A stretch of 64,000 bases of DNA from Verrucomicrobiota bacterium (lineage in GTDB: Bacteria; Verrucomicrobiota; Verrucomicrobiia; Opitutales; Seribacteraceae). Shown piece by piece: positions 47,257-55,294 of this stretch. Location: positions 1 through 64,000 of the forward strand of contig JAQBYT010000019.1 of the NCBI GenBank assembly GCA_027622665.1. Direction: 5' to 3'. The translations under genes and the position numbers were made by a program. The notes under the pieces were generated by a model. The model was given only the letters and a program-made list of their open reading frames with translations. It did not search any database and was not told the DNA's origin. The number at the start of each line of letters is the position of its first letter. The first letter of the stretch is position 1.

Positions 47257-47779
47257 TCTTACGCAAACGGGCTCTCCCGGGGTCGATTTTTCTTGGGAAG
47301 ACCTGTTGAACCTTCTTCGCGATGAGTTGGGGGAATATGGCGGTCTCATGGGTTTGCTCAGCTCTCAGCAGGCTAGCATCCTTAATCGTGAACCCGAGAA
47401 TTTGCTCGAGATCAACAAGTCTGTTCGCTCTCAAATGGAAGCGAGCAATACCTTGCAGCAACGCCGTCAAGGGTATGTTCGCTCCCTGGCAACTGGCTAT
47501 GGCAAGCCGGAAGACTCCAGTTTATCCCAGTTGCTGCCCTGTTTCCCCGTAGTAACTCAACCGATGTTTGAAAGCATTGTGGAGGAAATCAACAACTTGA
47601 TATCTAGGATTCGTCGAAAATTAGATCAAAATCGACGTCTTATTTCTCGCCTCGGCGAGGTGACGGATCAGATACTTGCCGTAGCCGACCCTCGATCGCA
47701 CTCGAAAACTTATGACAAACGAGGCGATCTTGCTCCTTTCTCAACTGCCTACCGATCCACTCTCGAGGAGTCCGCTTGA
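47249..47779 (+). CDS. flgN: Flagellar export chaperone FlgN
   Basis: Helical 'LL.LL.DE...Y..L..L...QQ' pattern, N..LI, TYD..G; directly upstream of flgK; start at ATG 47249. Confidence 0.82.
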   Translation: MVNLTQTGSPGVDFSWEDLLNLLRDELGEYGGLMGLLSSQQASILNREPENLLEINKSVRSQMEASNTLQQRRQGYVRSLATGYGKPEDSSLSQLLPCFPVVTQPMFESIVEEINNLISRIRRKLDQNRRLISRLGEVTDQILAVADPRSHSKTYDKRGDLAPFSTAYRSTLEESA

Positions 47780-47808
47780 TCCTGCAAACCATAAACTTTA
47801 TTTGATCC

Positions 47809-50800
47809 GTGGCGCTTTTAGGATCAATCGTTAAAACCACCCAGGCTCTTCAGTACCATGCGAAGAGCACTGAGATTGCGGGCAAAAACCTTAGTCATGT
47901 TAATGACGAAAGTTATGCTAGACAACGAGTCGTTGCTCGTGATGGGTCAATGTATAAAGAGGTCGGTTCCCTTGGTACTAGCGCTCTTCAAATGGGCGGG
48001 CTTGATCATGCTCGAAGTGAACTTTTGGATAGGCGAGTGGTGTCGGAAGTTGGCGAAACCTCCTCCTTGGATGCTCGTAAGGAAATTTTAGATTTGCTCC
48101 AATCAGCTCTTGGCGAACGAGTCACTCGCCAAGGAGTGAACGTTGGTTTGGATGACCAATCGGAGAGTGATCTTGCCCCGGGAAGTTTAACTCGTGCCCT
48201 AAATGATTTTTTTAACGCGTTTCAGGAGCTCTCAGCTTCTCCAGATGAACCGACCATTAAACAGGAACTCTATCATAAGGTTCAGACATTGGGTAAGCGT
48301 TTCAATGAATCCGGCGAAAAGTTTGAGTCGATCGAAGCCGACTTGACTGCGACTGTAAAGCAATCAGTAGTGCAGATTAATACTATTTTGGAGAAGTTGC
48401 ATGAGGTAAACCAACAGGTACGCCGATTCGAACTTCAAGACAAAGGGAAAGCGGCCACTTACCGCGATCGTCGCCAGCAATTGCTGGAGGATTTGTCCAA
48501 GCTCATGGATTTTAAAGTGGAGGACGATGTTGATCCGACTTCGGGTCAAGCATCCGGTCTTCTGAATCTGTTCTCCACTACAACCAAGGGAGAGAAGGTG
48601 AAGCTTCTTGATCCTAATGGTTCTAAGATTTTGAGTACCAACTGGGGGCAGGAATTTGCCGTTTCCGCACCTGCTGATTCGAGTGGTACTGTGGCTCAAG
48701 TTCGCGCTAAGATCGGTGTGGATGGTAAGCTGGGTCGGGTTGAAATCCTCGATGGTGGTTCCAAGTATTCCGATGCCGATGGTCCAATTCTAGTGGCTTT
48801 GGCTCCTCCTGCTAGAACTGAGCCAGCGGAACCTGATCAAGCGCAGAACAATGCCGGGGCGGGATTGGCCGAAGCCGGAACCGTTGTCGAGGCTGCCCTT
48901 CAGGCGGGGCAACCTGTTGATCAAGGACCTGATCTAGGAGCCCAGACGGGGACTGCTGCTGTTCCTGGGGGAATTGGGGGTGGTGGCGTTGCTGGGGTAC
49001 AGGAAACCGCAACTGCTCCTACGGGTCCTGTTGCCGCTCCTTTTTCTTTGGAGCAGGGAGAAGTTTTCAATTACCAAGGAAGTTACTATCAATCACTCGT
49101 CTCGACGGCTAAGGGTGACAATCTTTCAGACGAGACCAAATTTCTCAGGATTGACACCATCCCGAATGGACAAGTCCGTGAATACTCATGGAATTTATCA
49201 GACTTGGAAAGCTTTTCTAAAGGCGAACAGTTTTATCAGAACGGGAAACTATACCAAACCACTGGCGAAATATCTCCTGTAGTTGGCGAGGTCGGTGTAT
49301 CGAATGAATCAGGTGTTCTTGTGAGTTCCCAAGGTTATGCAAAGGGCGATGTTTTCCAATATGGAGGTACTTACTATCAAGCTCTAGAGTCATTTGAAGC
49401 AGGACAAAGTTTGCCGGAGGCAGAAACCATGGGGAATCAGAGCAATGGATTTGTTTCTCTCGGAACACAACTTCCCTATGCCTCAATGGATCCCTCTCAA
49501 CTCTTAACTATTAATTCTTTTACAGACCAAGCGATTGTTAAGGGCCGGTATCTTGAAAGTAATAACAAGTATTTTGTTGCTTTGGAGGATTTTTCTACCG
49601 GAGGTTCTCAACAGAATGTGTTCAGCCCAACTTCTGACGCTCGTGTTGAAGAGGTGATGACTTTTGTTAAAACCGTAAAGACGACCGAAGATGTAATCAC
49701 ATCTCAGCGGTTGAAGCAGGGGGATGTCATTTACGACAGTCCATCGAATTCCCATTTTCTCGTGAAGACCAGTTTGCTTATCGAAACACCTGCTCAAGCG
49801 CAAACTTTCGATCCTACCTCCACTCAATGGTCCAAGTATGTGCAGAAGATTGCTCCGCAAGTAGCCGGTGGAAACAATTTAGAAATTCTTAGTCGTAAGA
49901 ATAAAACTGCTTTCGATCCTAAGTCAGACAAGGCTGTGGAATTGAATTTGGGATTGGCCGAGGCTATCGTTCAGAAGGGCGAAATCGTTGGTTTCAATAT
50001 CATTAACCAAGGCGGTGGATACCCTCCTAGTGACGCCCTTTTTGCGGATGGCGTAGAGCTTGCTCTTAAATCAGGATCCGTCCATGGTTACCAGCATATT
50101 AGAATGGATGAGATGGAGACCTTCCGTCAGCAACTGAACCGTTTGTCGACTGATTTCGTTACCCAAATAAATCAAATTTATAATCCCGATGACGAGCCAG
50201 GTGGATATATCTTTGGATTCGATGCTTTTCTAGGTCGACCTTCTCAAGGGACCAACAAGGTGATGGAGGAAGAGTATGGACTAATGGGAACTGAAGGAGA
50301 AGGTGAATTCATCCTCTACCGTGACGAGGTCGAGATGACCGTTCCATACCCGGAGAAAGACACATTCATGGTGACTTATGCTGCACCGGTGTTTCCTGAA
50401 GAACTGGAAGGAACAGTACCTTTTATTCGTGGCGATGCCGCCACCGAACTTCTAGTGCTCGAGAATCCTGACTTCGTTAAGATTTACGCATCTGCTCAGC
50501 GAATGAAGCATGTTACGATGGAAACCGATCTTGGGTATATTGGTCGAGATGGTACTCCCGGTACTGAAGATGACGGTAGAATGATGATGCTCGGATACGA
50601 AAAAATTCCCTTTCGTTTGGAGGCAGGGGATAAGTCTTTTGTATTTGGAGATAATTTCTCTTTTGATGCGGTTCCTGCGAATGCTTGGAATGTAGCGAAA
50701 AGCATGCGAGTGGATGAAGACTTTTCTTTTGATACGATTAAAGTTTCGGTTGATACCAGTAGTGGCGCCAACGACATAGCTTTGGCTATAGCTGAGAAGG

Positions 50801-51060
50801 GTAATGGAGAGTTCACTGAAAGAGTATCTACCTTAAACACTTCCATAGGAAATTCTTTGGCTGACGTGAGTGACAACCTTGAGCATCAGAAAGCTGTGGA
50901 AAGGCTTCTTCTGGACGAGCGCCAAGCCGTCAGTTCCGTTTCAATGGATGAGGAGGTCGCTGACTTGATGCGTTTTCAGCGATCTTTTCAAGCGTCTTCT
51001 CGCGTGCTCAAGACTTTGGATAGCATGCTCGAACTGATAGTTATGGGACTTCTCCGTTAG
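47809..51060 (+). CDS. flgK: Hook-associated protein FlgK, enlarged (1083 aa) by inserted modules
   Basis: N-terminal KNLSHVN..SYARQRV, LNDFFNAFQELSASP, RDRRQQLLEDLS; C-terminal SSVSMDEEVADLMRFQRSFQASSRV. Confidence 0.93.
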   Translation: MALLGSIVKTTQALQYHAKSTEIAGKNLSHVNDESYARQRVVARDGSMYKEVGSLGTSALQMGGLDHARSELLDRRVVSEVGETSSLDARKEILDLLQSALGERVTRQGVNVGLDDQSESDLAPGSLTRALNDFFNAFQELSASPDEPTIKQELYHKVQTLGKRFNESGEKFESIEADLTATVKQSVVQINTILEKLHEVNQQVRRFELQDKGKAATYRDRRQQLLEDLSKLMDFKVEDDVDPTSGQASGLLNLFSTTTKGEKVKLLDPNGSKILSTNWGQEFAVSAPADSSGTVAQVRAKIGVDGKLGRVEILDGGSKYSDADGPILVALAPPARTEPAEPDQAQNNAGAGLAEAGTVVEAALQAGQPVDQGPDLGAQTGTAAVPGGIGGGGVAGVQETATAPTGPVAAPFSLEQGEVFNYQGSYYQSLVSTAKGDNLSDETKFLRIDTIPNGQVREYSWNLSDLESFSKGEQFYQNGKLYQTTGEISPVVGEVGVSNESGVLVSSQGYAKGDVFQYGGTYYQALESFEAGQSLPEAETMGNQSNGFVSLGTQLPYASMDPSQLLTINSFTDQAIVKGRYLESNNKYFVALEDFSTGGSQQNVFSPTSDARVEEVMTFVKTVKTTEDVITSQRLKQGDVIYDSPSNSHFLVKTSLLIETPAQAQTFDPTSTQWSKYVQKIAPQVAGGNNLEILSRKNKTAFDPKSDKAVELNLGLAEAIVQKGEIVGFNIINQGGGYPPSDALFADGVELALKSGSVHGYQHIRMDEMETFRQQLNRLSTDFVTQINQIYNPDDEPGGYIFGFDAFLGRPSQGTNKVMEEEYGLMGTEGEGEFILYRDEVEMTVPYPEKDTFMVTYAAPVFPEELEGTVPFIRGDAATELLVLENPDFVKIYASAQRMKHVTMETDLGYIGRDGTPGTEDDGRMMMLGYEKIPFRLEAGDKSFVFGDNFSFDAVPANAWNVAKSMRVDEDFSFDTIKVSVDTSSGANDIALAIAEKGNGEFTERVSTLNTSIGNSLADVSDNLEHQKAVERLLLDERQAVSSVSMDEEVADLMRFQRSFQASSRVLKTLDSMLELIVMGLLR

Positions 51061-51081
51061 CGACATTTTTCTTTCACTTCA

Positions 51082-54000
51082 ATGAGAATTTCCAACCTCA
51101 GTACTACCCAAAACATAACCCGAACGATTCGGGAGATGGATCAAGAGCGTCTCAGGCTCGAAGCACAGGTTTCCAGTGGTCAAAAAATAACCCTGCCCGA
51201 AGACGACGGGATGCGCATGGGAAGGTTGATTGAACTGGATACTGAAAAAAGTGTTCTTACTCAGTATCAACGGAATGCCTCATATGCCACGGAGTATCTC
51301 AATTCCGGTCATTTGAACTTGGATAAATTGAGGGAAATTGCGGTCAGAGGTCAGGAGATTGCCAGAGTATCAGGTTCCGGGCTTAGCGGCCCTGCTATGG
51401 AGACCTATGGTTTTGAGGTGGATCAACTTATCGAAGAAGCCCTCAATCGGATTAATGCCACTCATCGGAAACAATCTCTTTTTGCAGGGGTGGATGCCAA
51501 GCCGAATTTCGCTGCATCCGAGGTGAAAGTGGGCGAACGTTTTCAGAAAACGATATCCTTCAATGATAACTATGTCGGCAAAAGTAATCCCGATGGTAAA
51601 TTTGAGTTAAAGCAGGGTGACCAGCTTTTGGTAAATGCTAACGGGCATGAATACGTTCTGACTGCTTCAGTCTCTGGCTTGGCTACTGATGTGGCATCCG
51701 CAGCCTTAGCTTCAATCATCAACCAAGATGAAGGCATTTTGAATGCCGTTCCCAAGGTAACCACTTCCGACTATGATGTATTTGTTAGGGGAAGCAAGAC
51801 ACCAGGTCAGAGAAATCCAAACATAAAAGTATTGGCTGAAACTTCGGATCAAGGTGATTTGCTTTTGGTTGCAGGTGTCGGGCAAGACTTTCAAGTTTCA
51901 GGGCAATTTGTTACTGATTTCGATCCCAATTTTTACTTTCCGGAGGCAATCAAGGCTAAATTGGATGCTGCCGCGATAGATCAATTCGGCGGCAAAATAT
52001 ACGATGAGCTGACCCCGGGTGACAAAGAATCAATTTCCGATGAGGTGTATGCAGGAACTTGGGATCGAGATCTTTTGCTTGGTGCTGCCAAGGTTGCTGG
52101 AGCAAGTACTGCCGTTATGGCGACTCCCACCGACTGGAAGAGATTGTCGAATTACGATGATGGAGAGCTTGTCTATAAAGATGGTAGTGTTTGGCGTTCT
52201 CGAATCGACGATAATTGGAATCACAAACCCGGAGAGACTGACTCGAAAATCTGGGAGAAAGTTCCTGACGGTTACTCCGTCGATAGAGAAGATTGGAAAC
52301 TTAGTGTTACTGGATCCGAGCGGCGAGAGTACTGGCTTGCCCCAGACGGCAAAATGTTCGACTTGGAATCCGAGGCGAAAAACTACACCCAACAAATCAT
52401 ACTGGATCAAGGGTACGCCACTTCTCCGGAACAGTTGGAGACCGAGACTCAAAGGCTCGTCAAGCGCATGACCTATGCCATACCTCAGTTTGAAGCCAAA
52501 GGCTCTGAAAGTGGGAACGGTCTCGTTTCTTTTGACTCACGCACTCAAGCATTTTATCTTTCTTCGCCGCAAGAGGATGGGGAGGTAATTTCAGGGGTCT
52601 ATTTCAAGGGCAATATCACTCGTGATGTCGCCTCTGTGGGAGCACAGGCAGGAAAGGCTAATGCATCTCATGAAAAAGGTGCCGTAATCTCTCGTCAAGG
52701 TCGCTATTATCTTGCTTTGGAGAATGTGGCTAAGGGGCAAGATGTCAGTGCTTGGGAGCATTTGACCGCTGATTTCCCCCCGAATTCCACTTTTACCTTT
52801 GACTCCTCACAAACTCTTTCACTTTTGAAGGGGAGTCATGTGCTGGAACCTAATAGCGGTCAGTATTTTGTGGCGACTGTTGATACTACTATTCCTGCAG
52901 GTACACCCGAAGCTGATCTCCCTCAGATTGCAGGTTTAGTTCCAGTGAGTCAGAGCAGTGACGGAGAGGTTTTACTGCTGGGGGAAAACTTGCCGAATGA
53001 AGGTAAGGAAAAGACTTTTGTTTCCGGTCGGCCTCTTTCGCTGAAAACTGGTGAGTTTCTGCATGACCCTGCTGATAATTTATATTATGTCGCGAATGCC
53101 GATTTCACCTTGGATGCCAGTCAGTCTGCATCATTTTTCCCCGAAGAATCTGCTTCACTTCATCCTGTGCCTGCTCGGATAATCCAGCAAGGAACGGATT
53201 GGGCTCCGTCCAAAACTTATGACAACGGGCAAATCGTTCATTACAACGGACGGTATTATCAAGCCAACCAAAGCAACTGGGATAATCTTTCTCGTGACCC
53301 GAATACCTTTTCGGATTTCGTTGTTTTACCTTCGGACGAGTTTATTTATGACAAAGTAAGTGGCGAAAAGATTTCGAACTCTGCTTGGCGAGTCATTGAC
53401 AAACCTCTTGGGCACGTGATGAAGTTTTCTGTAGAAAACGATCAATTGCCTACGATAACTTTTCCATCTGCGGGCACTAGCGGCACAACGGCAAAAGCCA
53501 GTGCCGTTATTGACGCCGATGGCTTTATCGCGGGATTGAGAGTAGTTGAGCCAGGTCGTTACTTTTCTGGAGCTTCAGCTGGTGGCACAGCACTTCCTCC
53601 TAGTTTCGACAACGCGAAAGTCTTGCTTCCCAATGGTCAGGAAATGGATGTAAAAGTTCTTTGGGAGCAAGATACCACATCGCCAGGGACTTGGACTGTT
53701 GCAGGTTTCGATTTTAATTCACAACCTATGCCATCAGGCATTCCCGCTGGTCCGCAAAAAGGTGATTACTATTCTTTTGCCACAGGCTCAACTTCATTTG
53801 TCGAACACCGCGATGAAAATGGTTCCATTGTGGATGTTTCTTACAACGGTTCTACAACAAATTCTGAGTTTTACATTGGTCATGAGAGCAAGATTTCTTC
53901 ACTCCTAGAAGCCAAAGAGGGAGGGACGGAGGAATTGGGAGAAGTGGTATCTGCTCTTGTTGATTTGAGAGAAGCACTTCGTAGTGCTAAGCCTTCAGGT

Positions 54001-54279
54001 TATGCAGCAGAGGTTGAAATTGCGAATCAAAAGCTCATCTCCTTGGAGGAACAGGTTGTGGACAAGATGGGCGAACTTGCGGCCAAGATGGTGCGTATGG
54101 AAACGGTCAAGTCTCACGACGAAGAGTACTATGTGGAGCTCAACGCACGTGTGTCTAGGGATCTGGACGTTGATGTGTCGGAAGCCATTATGAGGTTGAT
54201 GCAGGCTTCCACTTCATATCAAGCAGCACTTCAGGTCGGAGCCCAAATAATGAACACTTCCTTACTGAATTACCTTTAA
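51082..54279 (+). CDS. flgL: Hook-associated protein FlgL, enlarged (1065 aa) by inserted modules
   Basis: MRISN...VSSGQKITLPEDD; SLFAG; C-terminal DVDVSEAI..L.....SYQAALQ......SLLNYL. Confidence 0.92.
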   Translation: MRISNLSTTQNITRTIREMDQERLRLEAQVSSGQKITLPEDDGMRMGRLIELDTEKSVLTQYQRNASYATEYLNSGHLNLDKLREIAVRGQEIARVSGSGLSGPAMETYGFEVDQLIEEALNRINATHRKQSLFAGVDAKPNFAASEVKVGERFQKTISFNDNYVGKSNPDGKFELKQGDQLLVNANGHEYVLTASVSGLATDVASAALASIINQDEGILNAVPKVTTSDYDVFVRGSKTPGQRNPNIKVLAETSDQGDLLLVAGVGQDFQVSGQFVTDFDPNFYFPEAIKAKLDAAAIDQFGGKIYDELTPGDKESISDEVYAGTWDRDLLLGAAKVAGASTAVMATPTDWKRLSNYDDGELVYKDGSVWRSRIDDNWNHKPGETDSKIWEKVPDGYSVDREDWKLSVTGSERREYWLAPDGKMFDLESEAKNYTQQIILDQGYATSPEQLETETQRLVKRMTYAIPQFEAKGSESGNGLVSFDSRTQAFYLSSPQEDGEVISGVYFKGNITRDVASVGAQAGKANASHEKGAVISRQGRYYLALENVAKGQDVSAWEHLTADFPPNSTFTFDSSQTLSLLKGSHVLEPNSGQYFVATVDTTIPAGTPEADLPQIAGLVPVSQSSDGEVLLLGENLPNEGKEKTFVSGRPLSLKTGEFLHDPADNLYYVANADFTLDASQSASFFPEESASLHPVPARIIQQGTDWAPSKTYDNGQIVHYNGRYYQANQSNWDNLSRDPNTFSDFVVLPSDEFIYDKVSGEKISNSAWRVIDKPLGHVMKFSVENDQLPTITFPSAGTSGTTAKASAVIDADGFIAGLRVVEPGRYFSGASAGGTALPPSFDNAKVLLPNGQEMDVKVLWEQDTTSPGTWTVAGFDFNSQPMPSGIPAGPQKGDYYSFATGSTSFVEHRDENGSIVDVSYNGSTTNSEFYIGHESKISSLLEAKEGGTEELGEVVSALVDLREALRSAKPSGYAAEVEIANQKLISLEEQVVDKMGELAAKMVRMETVKSHDEEYYVELNARVSRDLDVDVSEAIMRLMQASTSYQAALQVGAQIMNTSLLNYL

Positions 54280-54332
54280 GAGTTCTTTCCCTACGCCTAT
54301 TTAATACCCCAAGTTATTAACCCGCCTCGCCT

Positions 54333-54788
54333 GTGAAACTAAACCTTCAAGATGAATCGCCCAATAGTTTGGATTCGATTCCCGTAACCCGTAACGAGGT
54401 CTCTTTGCCTCAGGGTTTGTTTGGCTTCCCCGACATCCGCTCCATGGAGCTTGTTTTTGACAAGGACGAGCTTCCCTTCATGTGGTTGCGCGAACAAGTT
54501 CAGGACGGTTTGGCTTTCGTTGTCCTCGAACCCGGCGGGATCGTCCAGAATTATTCCGTAGAAATATCCGACGCCGATATTCAAATTCTCGGTATCTCAG
54601 GCGCCGAGGACACTATGATCCTTAATATCGTTACGATTTCTTCCGAACATCCGGGAAAGATATCCTTGAATTTAGTGGGTCCGATTATCCTCAACCGCAA
54701 TACCCTCGAGGCAAAGCAATGCATCATTAATAACCACGAGGAATTCTCGGCTCGCCACATGATCGATGTGGGCGATACCGAGGTATAG
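54333..54788 (+). CDS. fliW: Flagellar assembly factor FliW
   Basis: PQGLFGF, PFMWL, LAFVVLEP, NL.GPIILN. Confidence 0.93.
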   Translation: MKLNLQDESPNSLDSIPVTRNEVSLPQGLFGFPDIRSMELVFDKDELPFMWLREQVQDGLAFVVLEPGGIVQNYSVEISDADIQILGISGAEDTMILNIVTISSEHPGKISLNLVGPIILNRNTLEAKQCIINNHEEFSARHMIDVGDTEV

Positions 54789-54817
54789 CCTTCGTTTTTG
54801 GTAGCGGAGTTGACGAA

Positions 54818-55135
54818 ATGCTTATTCTTTCGCGAAAAATCGATCAATCCATCCTCATTGGCGAAAATGTCGAGATATCCGTCACCAAGATCGAGGGTGA
54901 TTCCGTTAAAATTGGAATCACCGCACCTCGTTCAATAGCTATTCTCCGAAAAGAGATTCTGGAGGAAATGCAATCATCGAACAAAGCTGCCGCGGCAGCG
55001 GCGACGCCTGCCAAGGGTGCCTTGGTCGCGAACTCGGCTAAGCAACTCATGGCACAGTTGAAAGCTAAAAAAGCAGAACAAGCTGGGCGTCAAAACAATC
55101 CTCCCCCTCAACCCGTCTCGACTGCAGGAAATTAA
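54818..55135 (+). CDS. csrA: Carbon storage regulator CsrA with C-terminal extension
   Basis: MLILSRK..QSILIG...VKIGITAPRSIAILRKEI...NKAA; adjacent to fliW. Confidence 0.95.
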   Translation: MLILSRKIDQSILIGENVEISVTKIEGDSVKIGITAPRSIAILRKEILEEMQSSNKAAAAAATPAKGALVANSAKQLMAQLKAKKAEQAGRQNNPPPQPVSTAGN

Positions 55136-55217
55136 TCTCCTGTTTAGCGAACTCGCCTTGCCGAAGTCGTTTTCCACTCTCAGGATTATTTTTTAATTCT
55201 CGACAGTTTTCGTTTGT

Positions 55218-55239
55218 AAAAGAGGAGCACTCCTCTTTT
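55218..55239. terminator. Perfect inverted repeat; candidate intrinsic terminator of the flagellar cluster, or an operator
   Basis: AAAAGAGGAG-CA-CTCCTCTTTT between csrA and the TPR gene. Confidence 0.5.
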
Positions 55240-55294
55240 CAAGTTAGCAGTAACTTCACGCTTTCGTGAATATTTCTTACTTTAACCTGAACCC

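Noticed and set aside
20932..55135. Non-flagellar type III secretion system (injectisome)
   Set aside because: Rod, hook, P/L rings, stators, FliA and FliW are all present, so it is clearly flagellar
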